DNA of 64,000 nucleotides from Eledone cirrhosa (Eukaryota), in assembly GCA_964016885.1 (NCBI GenBank), contig OZ024748.1, positions 15,066,001 through 15,130,000 of the forward strand. The letters run 5' to 3'. The position numbers and the translations under genes were made by a program. The notes under the pieces are model-generated. The model was not told the origin of the DNA and did no database searches. It saw nothing but the letters and a program-made list of their open reading frames with translations. Of this stretch, positions 13,876 to 26,654 are shown one piece after another (the stretch's first letter is position 1; each line of letters begins with the position of its first letter).

Positions 13876-15633
13876 TGACTCAAGCGATGTTCTGAAGAAT
13901 GATATTTTTATCTTTATAAAAATATCATTCTTCTCAAATGCATCATTTACTGACCTCAAAAAAATTAAAGCAATGATGACTCTGGCAGGATTTGAACAGT
14001 GTGGAGAGAATCAGAACAAATATGGAGGCATTTAATCTGATACCCTAACAACTCTGACAATTTGTTACATTTTAAAAGATTGAACCAAAAGAAATGCAAG
14101 TTTCATATTTTCCCCTGCTCTTAAAATAATGTTTCTACTATACATTAGTTTGTCATATTACTATTTTAACTACAATCTTCTTAATTCTTAAATGGCCTCT
14201 ATGTTTTAATTTTTTTTTTTGGTATTTGTATATTTTTGGAAAGAGACAATAACAATTTGTTTTTATTTCAAAACAATACGCTACAGATATATCACAGGAG
14301 ACTAAAATTTAGATGTTATGACATTTATATACTTCTTCTAATGGGTTTATATATATATATATATATACACACATACATACACACACATATATAAACACAC
14401 ACACACATATACACACATACAAACACACACACACACATATATTCGTGTATGTTCACACACACACATAAAAAAAACAAGATACTTTTTACTGACTTTTCTA
14501 TAAGCAATTGAAAATTATATAATGCAATGTGTAAATGACATATTGTTTGTTTTTTGGGGTGTTTTTTTGTGACATTTGACAAGTTTTAAAATCACACACT
14601 GGTTCCAAGTTCCACTTCCAGATATCACAGCTGGAAATTACAGAGATTAATGAATAATACAGCTTTACAAAACTAACTAACTAGATAAATAAATAAATGT
14701 TCCCTTGTCAGATAAACTGAATACCAGCTCATTTTTATATTTTTTTTATTTTTATATAATATTCAAATAGAAAAAAAAAAGATGAAAAAAATTTACACAA
14801 ACACTTCTGGTTTCTTGTAGTAAACATCTTCCTTCCTGTATATTGTTATATTAATATCGTTACTACTAATATTATTTTCTTTGTGTAGGTTTATTTTTTC
14901 ATTTGTTTATGAGTATTAAACAGACTTTTTGTATTTAAGAAGTTTATGAAACAAAAAGACTCTAATCACCTGGAGTGAAATCTTATAAGTCCCAATTTCA
15001 TTTTCTTCACAGAGAAAGACAGAGATATAACGAGAGAGAAAGAGAGATAGAATGAATGATTGAATGGCTGTGTGTGTGAGTTACAGGAACAGATGATGAA
15101 AAATTCAAAAACACAGTACACCATTGTCAGCACCAATAAATAAACATGTTTGTCATTTCAATTCAATTCTATCCCTTTTTATTTTTTCAATTTATTTTTC
15201 TTTACTTTTGGTTTTATATTTGTTTATGTTGTTTTTACTTTTCTCTCTGGTTAGATGATGGTGGGTGGAATTGCTGTATTGTCTCTGCAAATTGGAAAAT
15301 TTTACATGTTGTTGAAGTAAGTAATTTCAGGGATGGATGCACTTTCTACTTCCAAAGCCATTCAACTGTAAAACTGTTGCAGTTTTGCAATAACTGTGCA
15401 TCATCTAGTGTCACTCAACAGGTATTACCTTGAATTGGTGCACAATATAGTAGTAGTAGTAGTAGTAGTAGTAGTAGCAGCAGCAGCAATAGCAATAGCA
15501 GCCAAGAGGTTTGGCATATTTCGATATTAAAATTATATACCCTGTTATTACAATGTTACACAGAGCTTATATTTGCTGTGTGCATCTAGTTTTGAACAGA
15601 TACACAGTATACTTGCATGTTGTAAGAGATAGG

Positions 15634-15770
15634 GAAGTGACGTGGCTTAGTGGTTAGAGTGCTTAGTAAACAATCATAAGGTTTTCAGTTTGATTCCTGG
15701 CTATGCATAGTGTCTCTGAGCAAAACACTTTATTTCATGTTGCGCCAGTTCACTTAGCTGGCCAAAAATA
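15634..15770 (+). mobile_element. 5' part of a tRNA-head CORE-like SINE
   Basis: gtggcttagtggttagagtg A box and ctgagcaaaacactttatttcatgttgc core. Confidence 0.7.
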
Positions 15771-15910
15771 TCTCTATATATATAAAGAGAACAATATATA
15801 CTATGATGATCATGCAGCTTGATGATCACTCAAAGAGAAAATTCAATCTAAAAATCCAAGACCTCGGAGCATAGTAGTTGACGAATGAGAGAAGAGTAGT
15901 CCAAACCAAT

Positions 15911-15990
15911 GTAGAGGTTAACTGAATATTCAGTCTAATTACTCTGGAGTTTCACCTGTTTATCACAGGGTCATCATATTAAAACTCTAC
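15911..15990 (-). ncRNA. Decayed type I hammerhead ribozyme motif in a Penelope-like relic
   Basis: Minus: tttaat aTGATGA c cctgt gataa acagg t GAA ACTC ca GAGT A attaga, with distal helix gtagag/ctctac; C3 is mutated to A. Confidence 0.65.
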
Positions 15991-16033
15991 TTTAGTATTG
16001 GGTAATCTTTTCTCTTAGCTGTCAACCACTTAT

Positions 16034-16100
<67 letters not shown>

Positions 16101-16699
16101 TTAGATATAATACATTCATTATATAGAGAGAAAAAAATCATCAGATTAGGAACTGATATTTCTAATTACTTTGGAAACTCCTGTGTAAATATTCTTTAAT
16201 ATCAAGCAACTTTAAATATGAACTATTCATATGCCTATATATATTTATATATATATAAGTTTTAAATTATTACTGAGAGCAATTTTACTTCTCAAATTAC
16301 AAAGAAAAGATATTTAACTGAAGTAAACTGAAAGAAATTTATATTCTCTCTTCTATTGCAGTGTTGTTATATAAACATTAGTGATTAATGGTGAAATTAG
16401 AGCAACTGTGTAAATGATCAGTTTTCAAACGTTGTGTTAAGTAGTTGTTTGTCTAGTCATGGTAAGTTAGATGTGAAGAGAAAACAAACTCTATTTCAGC
16501 TGTGTACATCTCATGAAACACACAGTAGGGGAGATGGTATTATTACTACTTAAATGGATCATCTAGACTAGCAGTACTGTATATCACAACTGAGAGCTGT
16601 GACGTGAGTAAGGAGCTTACATGGAAATATATTTAGTTGGGGGCAATCTATTTGAAGCTTATTAAAACAAAAACAAGGTGGTAATAACAGTAATAATAT

Positions 16700-17205
16700 T
16701 AATAATGGTTTCTGATTTAGGCACGAGGCTAACACTTTTTGGGGGAGGGGAAAGTCGATTAAATCAACCCCAGTGCATTACTGGTACTTTATTTTATTGA
16801 CCTCATAAGGATGAAGGGCAAAGCTAACCTCAGCAGGATTTGAACACAGAACAAAGGAAGGTAACTCAATGCCACAAAGCATTTTATTTGATATTCTACC
16901 AATGTTGCCAATCCCTTTGTTTCTGTTTTAGGCACAAAGCCAACAATTTCAGGGTGGGGAAAGTTGATTAAATCGACCCCATAAGGATGAAAGGCAAACT
17001 TAACCGTGGCGGTATTTGAACTACAGACACAAGGCCAGCAATTTTATGGGGTAGGGTAAGGCAATTAACCCAACCCCACTTAAATATATTAAATATACTC
17101 CCCAGAAGGATGAAAGACAGAGTTGAACTCAGAATATAAAGAGTTTTAACAAATAGCACAAAGCATGTTGTTCAATACTCTAATGATTCTGCCACTCACC
17201 AACCC
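16700..17205 (-). mobile_element. Stack of older SINE family B copies
   Basis: Three repeats of ggcac.aggc..acaatttt / aaggatgaaaggcaaa blocks. Confidence 0.75.
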
Positions 17206-17457
17206 TCCACATCATAGTAGTAATACTAACAATGGAATCTATTCTTAAAGAGTTGAGTATTCAAAGAAACATATATCATATAAACAATATCAATGAGGAA
17301 TATATTTATCACTTTCTGTTTTGTATTCTACAATAACTTATCAAATTGGTTTTTTAATGTTTTACATTGTATTCTTTATCATAATATACCATTATATATA
17401 TATATATATATATATGTATATCCACACATATATATACATACACAGACACACACACAT

Positions 17458-17698
<241 letters not shown>

Positions 17699-18216
17699 CA
17701 TATATATATAATTAAGATAACTTTTTAAAAATTGATTTTTATTGATTTTTGTTTCAAATTTTCTGAGAATATCTTAAATTTAGAATTTTAAATCAGACAG
17801 TCCTAATTAAAATACTTACACCTGTTCAATTTTCCAAAAAATATATATATCTGTTTCAAATAAATTATAAAAGAAGAAAAAATGAAATAAAATAAAATTT
17901 TCTTTGGAGGAAGATTATATTCTTTAGTTTAATTTTATGAATAAAAGTAAAGTTTCCTAGTTTAGGGTTTCTAATTTGATATTATTATTATTTTTTTTTT
18001 TCTTCCAGAAAACTAAAACTTTTATGTGAATAATAAACAAAACAAAAATAGGCAATGAAATTTCATTGAAATTGATTTGATTAGTAAAGATCTATGTTAT
18101 GTTGACTGAATAGCTTATACTATGCTTTTGGCTAAAAGCTGAAGGCTGGCTCTCTCTCTCTCTCTACAGTAGATTAGAATCGCAATATGCAATTGATTTT
18201 GTTATTGTGTATATAC

Positions 18217-18249
<33 letters not shown>

Positions 18250-18781
18250 TGTATGTATATATATAGATATATGTAAATATATATGCAAGTATATATATAT
18301 ATATAATGAAAACCATGTGAAGCAAATAAAAAGCTATAGATCTAACTTTATCAATGTTTATTGTTATCATGTGCAACACTCAAGCTTGGATCTGTAACAA
18401 AATATCTAAAATCCATATTACAAAAATTTCCTCATGAATCAAAAGTTACAAATAAAAGGGAGCACTACTAAAGAAAATATGTTAATATCATAGATTTCTA
18501 TCAAAATAAATATTGATACTATGCCACAATCTACTAGAAGAATTTGGTAGGATTATATATATATATATATATAGATATATACGTGGAGAAATATATAAAG
18601 GAGAACTAACCGTTAAAACATATTTATTTAAAATAGCACCTACGTACGTTTCGCCTGAAAGACACATGTATATATGTATGTATGTATTTATATGTAAATA
18701 TCATGATTCTAACAATTTTCAACTAATAAGACCATTGTTCAGCAGAGTACTCAAAACTTTGGATAGTAGAGTGTGACTGTC

Positions 18782-18891
18782 AGAGAGTAGGGGTCCAATG
18801 GTTGAGCTCTTGCCGTTTTAGCAGCTAATTCCAGACAGTCTGGAATTAGCTATTGAAAGACAAGAGCTCAACCATCGGGTCCCAACTCTCT
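18782..18891. repeat. ~110-bp imperfect palindrome centred on 18837
   Basis: agctaattccagac-a-gtctggaattagct core plus atggttgagctcttg / caagagctcaaccat outer arms. Confidence 0.9.
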
Positions 18892-18994
18892 TGAATATAT
18901 ATATATATATTATATATATATATATATATTATATATATATATTATATATATATATATATACATAATATATATACACATGTGTATCTGTATGTGC

Positions 18995-19040
<46 letters not shown>

Positions 19041-19385
19041 GGAGGCACATGGCTTAGTGATTAGAGCATTGGCCTTGCAATCGAAAGGTTGTGAGTTCAA
19101 TTCTCAGACTGGGTCATGTGTTGTTTCCTTGAGCAAGACACTTTATTTCACATTGCTCCAGTTTACTCAGCTGTAGAAATGAGATGATAGGGACTGGGGT
19201 CCCTATCATTCCACTGTAAAGTGGTCGTGGAGGTGCCACAGCAAAAAATCACCCAGTACTCACTGTAAATGAGGTTGGTGTTAGAAAGGGCATCCAGCTG
19301 TAGAAATCAAGCCAGCATCAGTTCCCGTCCCACCCTTGCCAGCAGGGAAAAAGCGGACGTAAAATGAAATGATGATGATGATGAT
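19041..19385 (+). mobile_element. Full-length young SINE family A (tRNA head, CORE-like body, RTE-derived tail, (ATG)n end)
   Basis: A box tggcttagtgatt, B box gagttcaattctc, ccttgagcaagacacttt core; highly similar copies at 44847, 51553, 56366, 61687 and 63805. Confidence 0.95.
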
Positions 19386-21361
19386 ATATATGTGTGTGTA
19401 TGTATGTGTATATATATATAAATGAGCACTACATGGACAAGAAACTTAAACAAACTGGAAAGAAAGCTTGGTTCTTCAGACCCCAAATGTAAGTTTAATA
19501 AATTATAATAGATAACATAGCATAATGCTGCATAATTTTTGGCAGCAGTACTACAGCTATATCAATAGCTTATAAGGCCCTAGCTACTACCAAACAGACA
19601 AACAGGTAATGAATATACATATACACAAAAGGTCAGAAAATTATCAATAAGATCCTAAACCTCATTTGCTTACCTAGTGGGGTGGAATTCATTAAACAGG
19701 ACCAAGGAAACAACGTTTCCATTAGTCCTTTCTTTGCTGATACTATCTTCTAGTTGCAACTCCTAACAGAAAAAGCAACATGAAATGAAATATCAGGCCA
19801 TAAGCACATCAGCTGGCCCGGAAGTAGAACTCACAACCATGAGATTATGAATCCAATTTTCTAACCACTAAGCTATGCTCCTTCACAAATGTACGCACAC
19901 AAATATAAATATTTTCCGATTTATTGAGGTGTTTGGATGATTTGAAATTTGATATGTTGAACTCCAAGCACAGAACCACTATAAATGATAACAAACTGGC
20001 TGGGGGCCCCTTTCTTTTTTTATCTACCTAAGGTTAAGATTATTTTACCACATTTTCTAACAATGCTATTATCATCATCATCACACTGTTTAACATCCAT
20101 TTTCCACACTAGCATGGGTTAGATGAGTTTCCCTGTTGAGAGTCAAGTCAGGTTTGGTGACCTTGACTTGCTCATTTATAACAATTCTGTGTTTGGATTT
20201 CAATGTTTCAAAAATATATAACTTACTACACAACCAGGTGGTTTCCTTGTTTAATTATGCTGAGCAGCAGCTTGGGCAAGTGCATTTAATCTACTGTAGT
20301 CTTGAGTTGACCAATGTCTTATGAGTAGAATTTGGAAGACAGAAATTGTAGATACCTGCTGTGTTCGTGTGTGTATTTGTTTGTGTATGCATGTGCATTT
20401 TTCTCTGCGTTTATATCCTCTAACTCAGAAATTTGCCGAAAAAAAAAAGTTGCAAAAAAAAGAAAAAGAATTGCACAAGACTTGAAAAAAAAAAGTACTG
20501 CTGGGGTCACTTAAAGTAGCGCTCTAGCATGGCCACCCACACTTTGATGACTGAAACAAGCAAAAAAATTTTAAAAAAATTTTTGTTTTTCAATGTATGT
20601 ATTTGCGAACTTGGATATATTGTATTTGGACTGTGATAACTTTAGAATGGCAAAAAGAATAAAGAGAAGAAATCAGAAATGGCAACAGAATGCTAGAATT
20701 GAATTATAGAATGGAATTACAGAATGTGAAGATGTATGGTTCCTCAATCTAGTCAACAGTAGGCAGAGCTTCTATTTTTAAATACTGTTTTGTTTAGCTA
20801 GCTATTGCAAAAGTTCATTATCTCTTCAATCATAAGATTATTTTTTTAAATTTCATATTTTTCTTCAATTTTATATAAATATTATTATTTGACTATTTAT
20901 CACAACCAATTTTGATGTTGCTTTGGGTCAGTTATTTTATGGAATACAAGGCTACAACTAGAAACCTTGGTAACTCCAACTTTTTCATATCATTCCTTGT
21001 CATTTGACTACTGCTGGTAGTGGGCTGTTCCCAATGTTGTTATTGTCTTTTTATTATTATCTTCTCATCTTTACTGTTTGATTTGTTGTTACTCTGCAAG
21101 TATTTAGACTGCTAGATATCAAGCTGTCTCCTGCAGCTTTAGAGTACCTATAGCACCTTTCATATGGTCCTTGCTTTACCAAGCAAACAAGCCACCTGTA
21201 AAGTCAGGAAATTCACCTCTATAACCAACCATTCAAACTTTATTGCTACTGTCACTATATCTCATATTTCAGTGTGCAGGACAACAACTGCAGATTCTAT
21301 TATTTATGCAACATTTCATATTTCAGTTCTTGATCTTTTTCTATTTTATTATCATAAAAAA

Positions 21362-21477
21362 AGAATGGTAGATTTGTAGTATCAGTAGAGCATCAGATAA
21401 CATGCTTTGCAGCATAGGGTTACAGACCTTTACATTCTGAGTTCAAATCCCACAGAGGTTAGCATCGCCTTTACCCT
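21362..21477 (+). mobile_element. 5' half of a SINE family B copy running into the minisatellite
   Basis: ctgagttcaaatcccacagaggttagcatcgccttt matches the family B head. Confidence 0.75.
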
Positions 21478-24400
21478 GTATTGGGTGTATCTTATCAAGA
21501 CATCAGCACTACCACTTTACAGAATGTATTATATGTATCTTATCAAGACAACAAGACGACCACTTTACAGAATGTATTGGATGTATTTTATCAAAACAAC
21601 AACACTAAAACTTTATAGAATGTATTGGGTGTATTTTTCAAGATAACAACACTACCACTTTTCAGAATATATTGAGTGGATTTTGTCAAGACAACAGCAC
21701 TAGCACTTTACAGAATATATTGGGTGTATTCTATCAAGACAACAGCACTAGCACTTTACAGAATATATTGGGTGTATTCTATCAAGACAACAGCACTAGC
21801 ACTTTACAAAATGTATTGGGTGTATTCTATCAAGACAACAGCACTAGCACTTTACAGAATATATTGGGTGTATTCTATCAAGACAACAGCACTAGCACTT
21901 TACAGAATGTATTGGGTGTATTCTATCAAGACAACAGCACTAGCACTTTACAGAATGTATTGGGTGTATTCTATCAAGACAACAGCACTAGCACTTTACA
22001 AAATGTATTGGGTGTATTCTATCAAGACAACAACACTAGCACTTTACAGAATATATTGGGTGTATTCTATCAAGACAACAGCACTAGCACTTTACAGAAT
22101 GTATTGGGTGTATTCTATCAAGACAACAACACTAGCACTTTACAGAATATATTGGGTGTATTCTATCAAGACAACAGCACTAGCACTTTACAGAATGTAT
22201 TGGGTGTATTCTATCAAGACAACAACACTAGCACTTTACAAAATGTATTGGGTGTATTCTATCAAGACAACAACACTAGCACTTTACAAAATGTATTGGG
22301 TGTATTCTATCAAGACAACAACACTAGCACTTTACAGAATATATTGGGTGTATTCTATCAAGACAACAGCACTAGCACTTTACAGAATGTATTGGGTGTA
22401 TTCTATCAAGACAACAACACTAGCACTTTACAAAATGTATTGGGTGTATTCTATCAAGACAACAACACTAGCACTTTACAGAATGTATTGGGTGTATTCT
22501 ATCAAGACAACAACACTAGCACTTTACAGAATGTATTGGGTGTATTCTATCAAGACAACAACACTAGCACTTTACAGAATGTATTGGGTGTATTCTATCA
22601 AGACAACAACACTAGCACTTTACAGAATGTATTGGGTGTATTCTATCAAGACAACAACACTAGCACTTTACAGAATGTATTGGGTGTATTCTATCAAGAC
22701 AACAACACTAGCACTTTACAGAATGTATTGGGTGTATTCTATCAAGACAACAACACTAGCACTTTACAGAATATATTGGGTGTATTCTATCAAGACAACA
22801 GCACTAGCACTTTACAGAATGTATTGGGTGTATTCTATCAAGACAACAACACTAGCACTTTACAAAATGTATTGGGTGTATTCTATCAAGACAACAACAC
22901 TAGCACTTTACAAAATGTATTGGGTGTATTCTATCAAGACAACAGCACTAGCACTTTACAGAATGTATTGGGTGTATTCTATCAAGACAACAACACTAAC
23001 ACTTTACAAAATGTATTGGGTGTATTCTATCAAGACAATAACACTAGCACTTTACAGAATATATTGGGTGTATTCTATCAAGACAACAGCACTAGCACTT
23101 TACAGAATGTATTGGGTGTATTCTATCAAGACAACAGCACTACCACTTTACAGAATATATTGGGTGTATTCTATCAAGACAACAGCACTAGCACTTTACA
23201 GAATATATTGGGTGTATTCTATCAAGACAACAGCACTAGCACTTTACAGAATGTATTGGGTGTATTCTATCAAGACAACAGCACTAGCACTTTACAGAAT
23301 GTATTGGGTGTATTCTATCAAGACAACAGCACTAGCACTTTACAGAATATATTGGGTGTATTCTATCAAGACAACAGCACTAGCACTTTACAGAATATAT
23401 TGGGTGTATTCTATCAAGACAACAGCACTAGCACTTTACAGAATGTATTGGGTGTATTCTATCAAGACAACAACACTAGCACTTTACAAAATGTATTGGG
23501 TGTATTCTATCAAGACAACAACACTAGCACTTTACAAAATGTATTGGGTGTATTCTATCAAGACAACAGCACTAGCACTTTACAGAATATATTGGGTGTA
23601 TTCTATCAAGACAACAACACTAGCACTTTACAGAATGTATTGGGTGTATTCTATCAAGACAACAGCACTAGCACTTTACAGAATGTATTGGGTGTATTCT
23701 ATCAAGACAACAGCACTAGCACTTTACAGAATGTATTGGGTGTATTCTATCAAGACAACAGCACTAGCACTTTACAGAATATATTGGGTGTATTCTATCA
23801 AGACAACAGCACTAGCACTTTACAGAATGTATTGGGTGTATTCTATCAAGACAACAGCACTAGCACTTTACAGAATGTATTGGGTGTATTCTATCAAGAC
23901 AACAGCACTAGCACTTTACAGAATATATTGGGTGTATTCTATCAAGACAACAACACTAGCACTTTACAGAATATATTGGGTGTATTCTATCAAGACAACA
24001 ACACTAGCACTTTACAGAATGTATTGGGTGTATTCTATCAAGACAACAGCACTAGCACTTTACAGAATATATTGGGTGTATTCTATCAAGACAACAACAC
24101 TAGCACTTTACAGAATATATTGGGTGTATTCTATCAAGACAACAACACTAGCACTTTACAGAATGTATTGGGTGTATTCTATCAAGACAACAGCACTAGC
24201 ACTTTACAGAATATATTGGGTGTATTCTATCAAGACAACAACACTAGCACTTTACAAAATGTATTGGGTGTATTCTATCAAGACAACAGCACTAGCACTT
24301 TACAGAATGTATTGGGTGTATTCTATCAAGACAACAACACTAGCACTTTACAGAATGTATTGGGTGTATTCTATCAAGACAACAACACTAGCACTTTACA

Positions 24401-24830
24401 AAATGTATTGGGTGTATTCTATCAAGACAACAGCACTAGCACTTTACAGAATGTATTGGGTGTATTCTATCAAGACAACAACACTAGCACTTTACAGAAT
24501 GTATTGGGTGTATTCTATCAAGACAACAACACTAGCACTTTACAGAATGTATTGGGTGTATTCTATCAAGACAACAGCACTAGCACTTTACAGAATGTAT
24601 TGGGTGTATTCTATCAAGACAACAGCACTAGCACTTTACAGAATGTATTGGGTGTATTCTATCAAGACAACAACACTAGCACTTTACAGAATGTATTGGG
24701 TGTATTCTATCAAGACAACAGCACTAGCACTTTACAGAATGTATTGGGTGTATTCTATCAAGACAACAGCACTATGATTTTAGAGAATGTATTGGGTGTA
24801 TTTATACAAGACAATAGCACTAGAGAGGTT
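21478..24830. repeat. 48-bp minisatellite, about 70 units (homogeneous ~21690-24770)
   Basis: Unit gcactttaca(g/a)aat(g/a)tattgggtgtattctatcaagacaaca(g/a)cacta; degenerate at both edges. Confidence 0.98.
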
Positions 24831-24909
24831 ATCATATACATGGAACTACCCTGTATTATCTCCATATGATCCATACTCTACATAAGATTAAGTAGATTGC
24901 AACATGGTG

Positions 24910-25230
24910 TAAGCAGCTGTGTATTAAAGGTGCCAAAAAACGAATTTCAGAAAGGATAACTTTACTAGCATGGACACGTGATGAAGAAATGGACAATATG
25001 TGCTGGATGAAAAGTTGATGTGGTGTTGATAGAGCATACAACTGATAGGAAGTAGGAGAAGGTCAAGGCATATGATGGAGAAAGTAGTGGTGGAATAAGG
25101 AAGAATTAAATCTCAGGATAGTGGACTTTACAAAAGGAAATGACAGAATATTGAATTGATTTGGAATATGATATATGTCAGAACTGTCCAAGTGATGTCA
25201 GCATGAGAAAACAGCCATTAAAACATTGAT
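24910..25230 (+). mobile_element. Old RTE LINE 3' fragment
   Basis: Frameshifted QLCIKG..RISER, HGHVM and K EMT motifs paralleling the C-terminus at 51020-51286. Confidence 0.6.
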
Positions 25231-25470
25231 AATGGTGATGGTGGGGATATTGGTGGTGTTGGTGATGATGATGATAACAGTGAGGGCAATGGAGGGAGAA
25301 TGGGGTTGTGATAATGGTGGTGTTGGTGGTGCAGGAGACAAAGATGAGTGTAATGGTGGTGGTGGTGTTGGTGAAGGTAGTGATAGAGTTGTTGATGAAG
25401 GTGCTGGTGCAGATGGTGAATATGATGATGATGATGGTGATGCAGATGATGATGAGGATTATGATGATGA
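25225..25470. repeat. Degenerate (GAT/GGT)n trinucleotide tract
   Basis: Visible triplet periodicity extending the RTE (ATG)n-type tail. Confidence 0.8.
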
Positions 25471-25601
25471 ATAGAGACCTGCATGTAAACTTATGAATTT
25501 CTTTCTATACATTTTGACCATAACTATGAGTGGCTGGAGAAACTAGTTAGTATTTCACTTGTATGTATGTATGTATGTATGTATGTATGTATGTATGTAT
25601 G

Positions 25602-26011
25602 ACCCCTTAGCCTTTGTCACGGCAGAATTCTAGGAGAAGGAAAACTCTGATATAACACCTGCAACCCTGATGGTGTCCAATGATGTTGACTTGTTCTTCT
25701 TTTTGGTAAATATCATCTTGGTTAAGAGAGTGGGACTGGCTTTGTGCAGTGCCTTTGCTCACTATAAAAGCTTCACGGCACAGGCATTGCTTTATATCTG
25801 AAGATCTCTCTGCACTTGTCGTCACATGGTACCATGGGCCCAGCACTATGTGTCAATAATTGTCACAAGTGCAGTGTTTGTACCAGAGTTTTCAAGTCGC
25901 TGGCTGGACTAAAAAGTCACACTTGTTCAGCGCATCGGTAAGGGTTCTCCTACATGGATATAAAGTAGTGGCCTTACTCAAAAACGAGTTGGCAGCCACC
26001 ATGTATGTATG
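25602..26011 (+). mobile_element. Short RTE (BovB-like) derivative: 5' motif joined to a C-terminal C2H2-like finger and 3' end, within (ATGT)n
   Basis: ctaggagaaggaaaactctga at 25630-25650; HKCSVCTRVFKSLAGLKSHTCSAHR* at 25864-25941; (tatg)n on both sides. Confidence 0.65.
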
Positions 26012-26164
26012 TGCGTGCGTGCGTGCGTGCGTGTGCGTGTATACACATGATGGTTTCAAGGATTTAGATATATTTATGAATGCCACCTATTTTCTAATAA
26101 ACTGCATTTACAGAACAGTATATACACAAACGCATATGCATATAGACACGCACACACTCACATG

Positions 26165-26206
<42 letters not shown>

Positions 26207-26654
26207 AATAATGGAGCTGCGGCGTTGCAAATGGGTTACATATGAAAAAGTAAGTCCTTCATCAGTGGCCTTCCAACTGTCCTAGGCATTTCATCACTTT
26301 AAAGGCCATATACCTCAGGTTGGTGCGAACAACGGCTAAAAAAAGTCGTTGGGACACGTAAATAAAGGGGACGCTGGGGTGAACAAACAAAATGGTTTAC
26401 GCAACAGAAAGTGAGAAGATATATATATATGTATAGGTGACCTTTACTGAACAAGTTTTACAAAACTTAAATGAAACAAAGCAAAATGATGAAACAGTAG
26501 AAACATGTTTCACACATCTATTTACATAGGAAAAGTTATTATTTCAGATGTTAGAGGTTGTAAAATTAGTTGTACAGAATATAGTTATCATGCTGAAAAG
26601 ATTTTCAATGCAGTCAGATATAAGGCAAAATCCCTAGAGTTAGTTCTACAATAA

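Noticed and set aside
19041-19115. SINE heads as tRNA genes
   Set aside because: Anticodon and acceptor stems do not pair fully, and the heads continue into SINE bodies
21672-24869. 1065-aa and 1033-aa ORFs as real genes (e.g. ice-nucleation-like 16-aa repeats) or a CRISPR array
   Set aside because: Non-ATG listed starts, no unique domains, no AGYGST motif and no spacers; the unit traces to a retroelement UTR
25218-25496. His-rich and acidic ORFs
   Set aside because: Readings of a degenerate GAT/GGT triplet tract following an RTE tail
26240-26270. CTGATGAAGG on the minus strand as a hammerhead
   Set aside because: The GAAAC half is absent; at most a truncated Penelope-like relic
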